Virus record (IMG/VR): IMGVR_UViG_3300012349_000002
Span: 1 to 56,247 of that record
DNA: 56,247 nt
Strand: one strand, 5' to 3'
Source: a virus
Lineage: Duplodnaviria > Caudoviricetes
The notes beneath the pieces are model-generated. The model did no database searches. It had not been told where the DNA came from and saw only the letters and a program-made list of their open reading frames with translations. A program made the translations under genes and the position numbers. Each line of letters begins with the position of its first letter. The stretch's first letter is position 1. Positions 54,438 through 56,247 of this stretch are shown here, one piece after another.

Positions 54438-54775
54438 TCTGTCCGCTTTCTCGGAGAAGCTGCCACGGCAGCGATGCTGCGCATAACCAGCTTCTCAACT
54501 TTACGCCCACAATGCGGACAATACCGCTCCCGTTTTCGATATTCCCTGAAATATTCAGCCCTTCCTTGTTGCGCAACTGTCCCGCTTGCATCGGATGTGT
54601 TGCGTAACACGTCCTGCACTGCGGTGCCTTCCATCTTCTTCGCATACTCAACCGATCGCGCATGCCGAATCATACCCTCCTCGTGTTCACGCGAATCTCT
54701 CTGCTCTTTCGTCTCAATCATAGGTTGTTGCGCTACACTGTTGCACAACATTTGTCCTGTTGCACAACAATTCAT
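54434..54775 (-). CDS. Small protein with a basic helix and CPHC knuckle
   Basis: RAEYFREYRKRERYCPHCG; GAGG upstream. Confidence 0.55.
   Translation of the reverse strand: MNCCATGQMLCNSVAQQPMIETKEQRDSREHEEGMIRHARSVEYAKKMEGTAVQDVLRNTSDASGTVAQQGRAEYFREYRKRERYCPHCGRKVEKLVMRSIAAVAASPRKRTD
54567..54769. repeat. Five copies of the 12-bp palindrome TGTTGCRYAACA
   Basis: Copies at 54567, 54598, 54726, 54739, 54758. Confidence 0.85.
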
Positions 54776-55080
54776 TCCTCGCTCGCCGCTGCTGCATCAT
54801 CACTAATGCCAAGGTAAGTAATTTAGTGGCAATTCGGGTTTTGAGTGAATAATTTGCGTGAGCGACCTTATACGCTGCCCGCCCGTCAATTCCCGGGGTG
54901 GCCTCGTCTCCCTACCGCTGGCTGGTAAAGCGGAGAAAAGAATGCTTTATATGAGTGATCTTGTCTGATATTATGGCCAAGTGATTGAATGAGAGCATGA
55001 TGCAATGCACGCTGCGCAGCATCATCTTATCTCATTGAACAAACGCTTCAGGATGCCCGCAGAATCGTTTTGATTGAGTG

Positions 55081-55105
55081 CCCGCTATCTTGACCCTCCC
55101 GGACA
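55081..55105 (+). repeat. 25-bp dispersed direct repeat, copy 2
   Basis: Identical to 7485-7509. Confidence 0.9.
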
Positions 55106-55137
55106 TACAGACACGGCATATCGCCTTATGTGTAAGG

Positions 55138-55557
55138 CTAGCGATTAACGATGTTAACGTTCACAAGCGTCTGACTCGCAGCTTGTACTTGCTCAGGCCA
55201 GAGCCCGGCGTGCGTAGCCTGTACGTCACGCACCGCACGAGCGTCTTTCAGAGGTCGTTTGCTCTTCGCAGCCTCCCTGCTGGCGTTCACCACGTACTCG
55301 CTCAAATACGACTTGCTAGTTTCTCTGCGTTCCGCCATCACATTTGCGAGGACATCGGCTGGTGATGCTGACAGGTTGCTGACGCTGTTAACGGGACCTG
55401 GTTTGACGACGCCTGAGATGTTCCAATGGTAGCGTTCGGCCCATTTACAAGCTGTATCTTCGTTGACACCCAGTTTACGAGCTGCTGGTCTGATACCGAT
55501 GTCAATGGCAAGCATTCTGACCAGTTCCATTTTTTCGTTAGGGTAAGGGGCGGCCAC
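55138..55557 (-). CDS. terS: Terminase small subunit (probable)
   Basis: N-terminal HTH (IRPAARKLGVNEDTACKWAERYHW), helical middle, C-terminal VNVNI strand; first gene of the late arm. Confidence 0.55.
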   Translation of the reverse strand: MAAPYPNEKMELVRMLAIDIGIRPAARKLGVNEDTACKWAERYHWNISGVVKPGPVNSVSNLSASPADVLANVMAERRETSKSYLSEYVVNASREAAKSKRPLKDARAVRDVQATHAGLWPEQVQAASQTLVNVNIVNR

Positions 55558-55602
55558 GAGATGAATTGATAGCGCAGGCTGCGATGCGAAACAACATCTA
55601 AT

Positions 55603-55632
55603 TTGACAAGCTTGCTTGCTTGATTGTATGTT
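55603..55632 (+). promoter_or_regulatory. Promoter with an operator-like repeat in the spacer
   Basis: TTGACA-AGCTTGCTTGCTTGATTG-TATGTT, 8 nt before ATG 55641. Confidence 0.65.
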
Positions 55633-55640
55633 ATGGGGTT

Positions 55641-55793
55641 ATGACGCAACGGGAATTTGCTCGGATGGGCGGGAAAGCGCGCGCGGCGCAACTCAGTAAG
55701 GAGCGTAAGATCGAAATTGCTCGCAACGCCGGACTGGCGAGCGCTAAACAACGTGCTAGCAAGTCCAATGCCAAAATGCCCGAATCGGTCTGA
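55641..55793 (+). CDS. 50-aa basic protein (GGKARAAQLSKERKIEIARNAG), probable DNA-binding regulator
   Basis: Read manually; GG.ARA..LS.ER..EIAR motif. Confidence 0.7.
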   Translation: MTQREFARMGGKARAAQLSKERKIEIARNAGLASAKQRASKSNAKMPESV

Positions 55794-55823
55794 CTTTATT
55801 TTTATTTATTTTCATGCGCTCTC

Positions 55824-55852
55824 TTGACATGCAAGCAAGCTAGAGAGAAACT
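55824..55852 (+). promoter_or_regulatory. Early-arm promoter with the inverted operator copy
   Basis: TTGACA-17 nt containing GCAAGCAAGCT-GAAACT, 6 nt before ATG 55859; AT-rich upstream. Confidence 0.55.
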
Positions 55853-55858
55853 ATCGGC

Positions 55859-56032
55859 ATGAGAACACACACAATCGTGCTGACAGAAGAGGAAGCAATC
55901 TTAACCCGCGATGCGCTGATCGACATGAAACATCACTTAAAATCAGCGCCTAGTGAGCGCGGCCAACGTCTTAGCAAACTAAGCGCCGCTATTGCCGAAA
56001 CGTTAGACGCAAACATCAATCATCGCAGATAA
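55859..56032 (+). CDS. 57-aa hypothetical early protein
   Basis: Read manually (MRTHTIVLTEEEAILTRDAL...). Confidence 0.6.
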   Translation: MRTHTIVLTEEEAILTRDALIDMKHHLKSAPSERGQRLSKLSAAIAETLDANINHRR

Positions 56033-56047
56033 TCATCCCCGTGAATT

Positions 56048-56247
56048 ATGCAAAACACACAGACAAACACAACGGCGCAGGCGCAGCCAGATAATAGCGC
56101 CAAGTGGCAGGATATTCATTTTGTCCTGAACAAAACACAGCAAGAAAGAGATGCAGCATTGAGCGAAAATCTTAAACTCCAAGAAGCTAACGGCGACGCT
56201 GCGGCAGAATATGTTCGGTTGATAGCTCAAATAGATTACGAAAAAGG
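56048..56247 (+). CDS. 5' part of the gene crossing the circular join (ends at 274)
   Basis: Open frame from ATG 56048 into the repeat. Confidence 0.7.
   Translation, partial: MQNTQTNTTAQAQPDNSAKWQDIHFVLNKTQQERDAALSENLKLQEANGDAAAEYVRLIAQIDYEK
56125..56247. repeat. Terminal direct repeat, right copy
   Basis: Identical to 1-123. Confidence 0.95.

Noticed and set aside
55078-55365. + strand ORF starting PAILTLPD like the 7428 protein
   Set aside because: The similarity comes only from the 25-bp DNA repeat; the ORF is antisense to terS

Overview
This window looks like the complete genome of a tailed dsDNA bacteriophage. Bases 1-123 are identical to 56125-56247 and an ORF reads through the join, giving a circular map of about 56,124 bp. 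The + strand early arm (about 55.6 kb, through the join, to 9.5 kb) carries a small regulator, an OB-fold SSB, a PD-(D/E)XK exonuclease, HNH and DUF1064-like nucleases, a replication initiator with internal iterons, a sigma-region-4 HTH, a Lar-like protein and a C5-MTase-like protein. The mostly - strand late arm carries terS, glycosyltransferases, terL, portal, scaffold, major capsid, a fibre cassette, glycoside hydrolases, a GH75 chitosanase-like enzyme and many small membrane or lipoproteins. Two + strand structural cassettes interrupt it (27.8-33.5 kb and 45.2-54.4 kb). I saw no integrase, DNA polymerase, helicase, tape measure, tail sheath, tRNA, CRISPR array or reverse transcriptase, so the phage is probably podovirus-like and host-replicated. 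A Verrucomicrobiota/PVC host is only an inference. The most notable features are: (1) a glycan toolkit of five glycosyltransferase genes plus the same glycoside hydrolase encoded both at the tip of a 20-aa-repeat fibre and as a secreted protein; (2) a small basic gene with a perfect Shine-Dalgarno nested out of frame inside a large virion gene; (3) a 1.5-kaa protein made of eight alternating 128-aa repeats, followed by a '2+1' pseudo-trimer module, a 24-Cys tip protein and a CxxC partner; (4) a gene containing five copies of a 12-bp palindrome and encoding a basic helix; (5) several structured RNA or operator elements. Functional calls come from motif recognition by eye; no database search was run.
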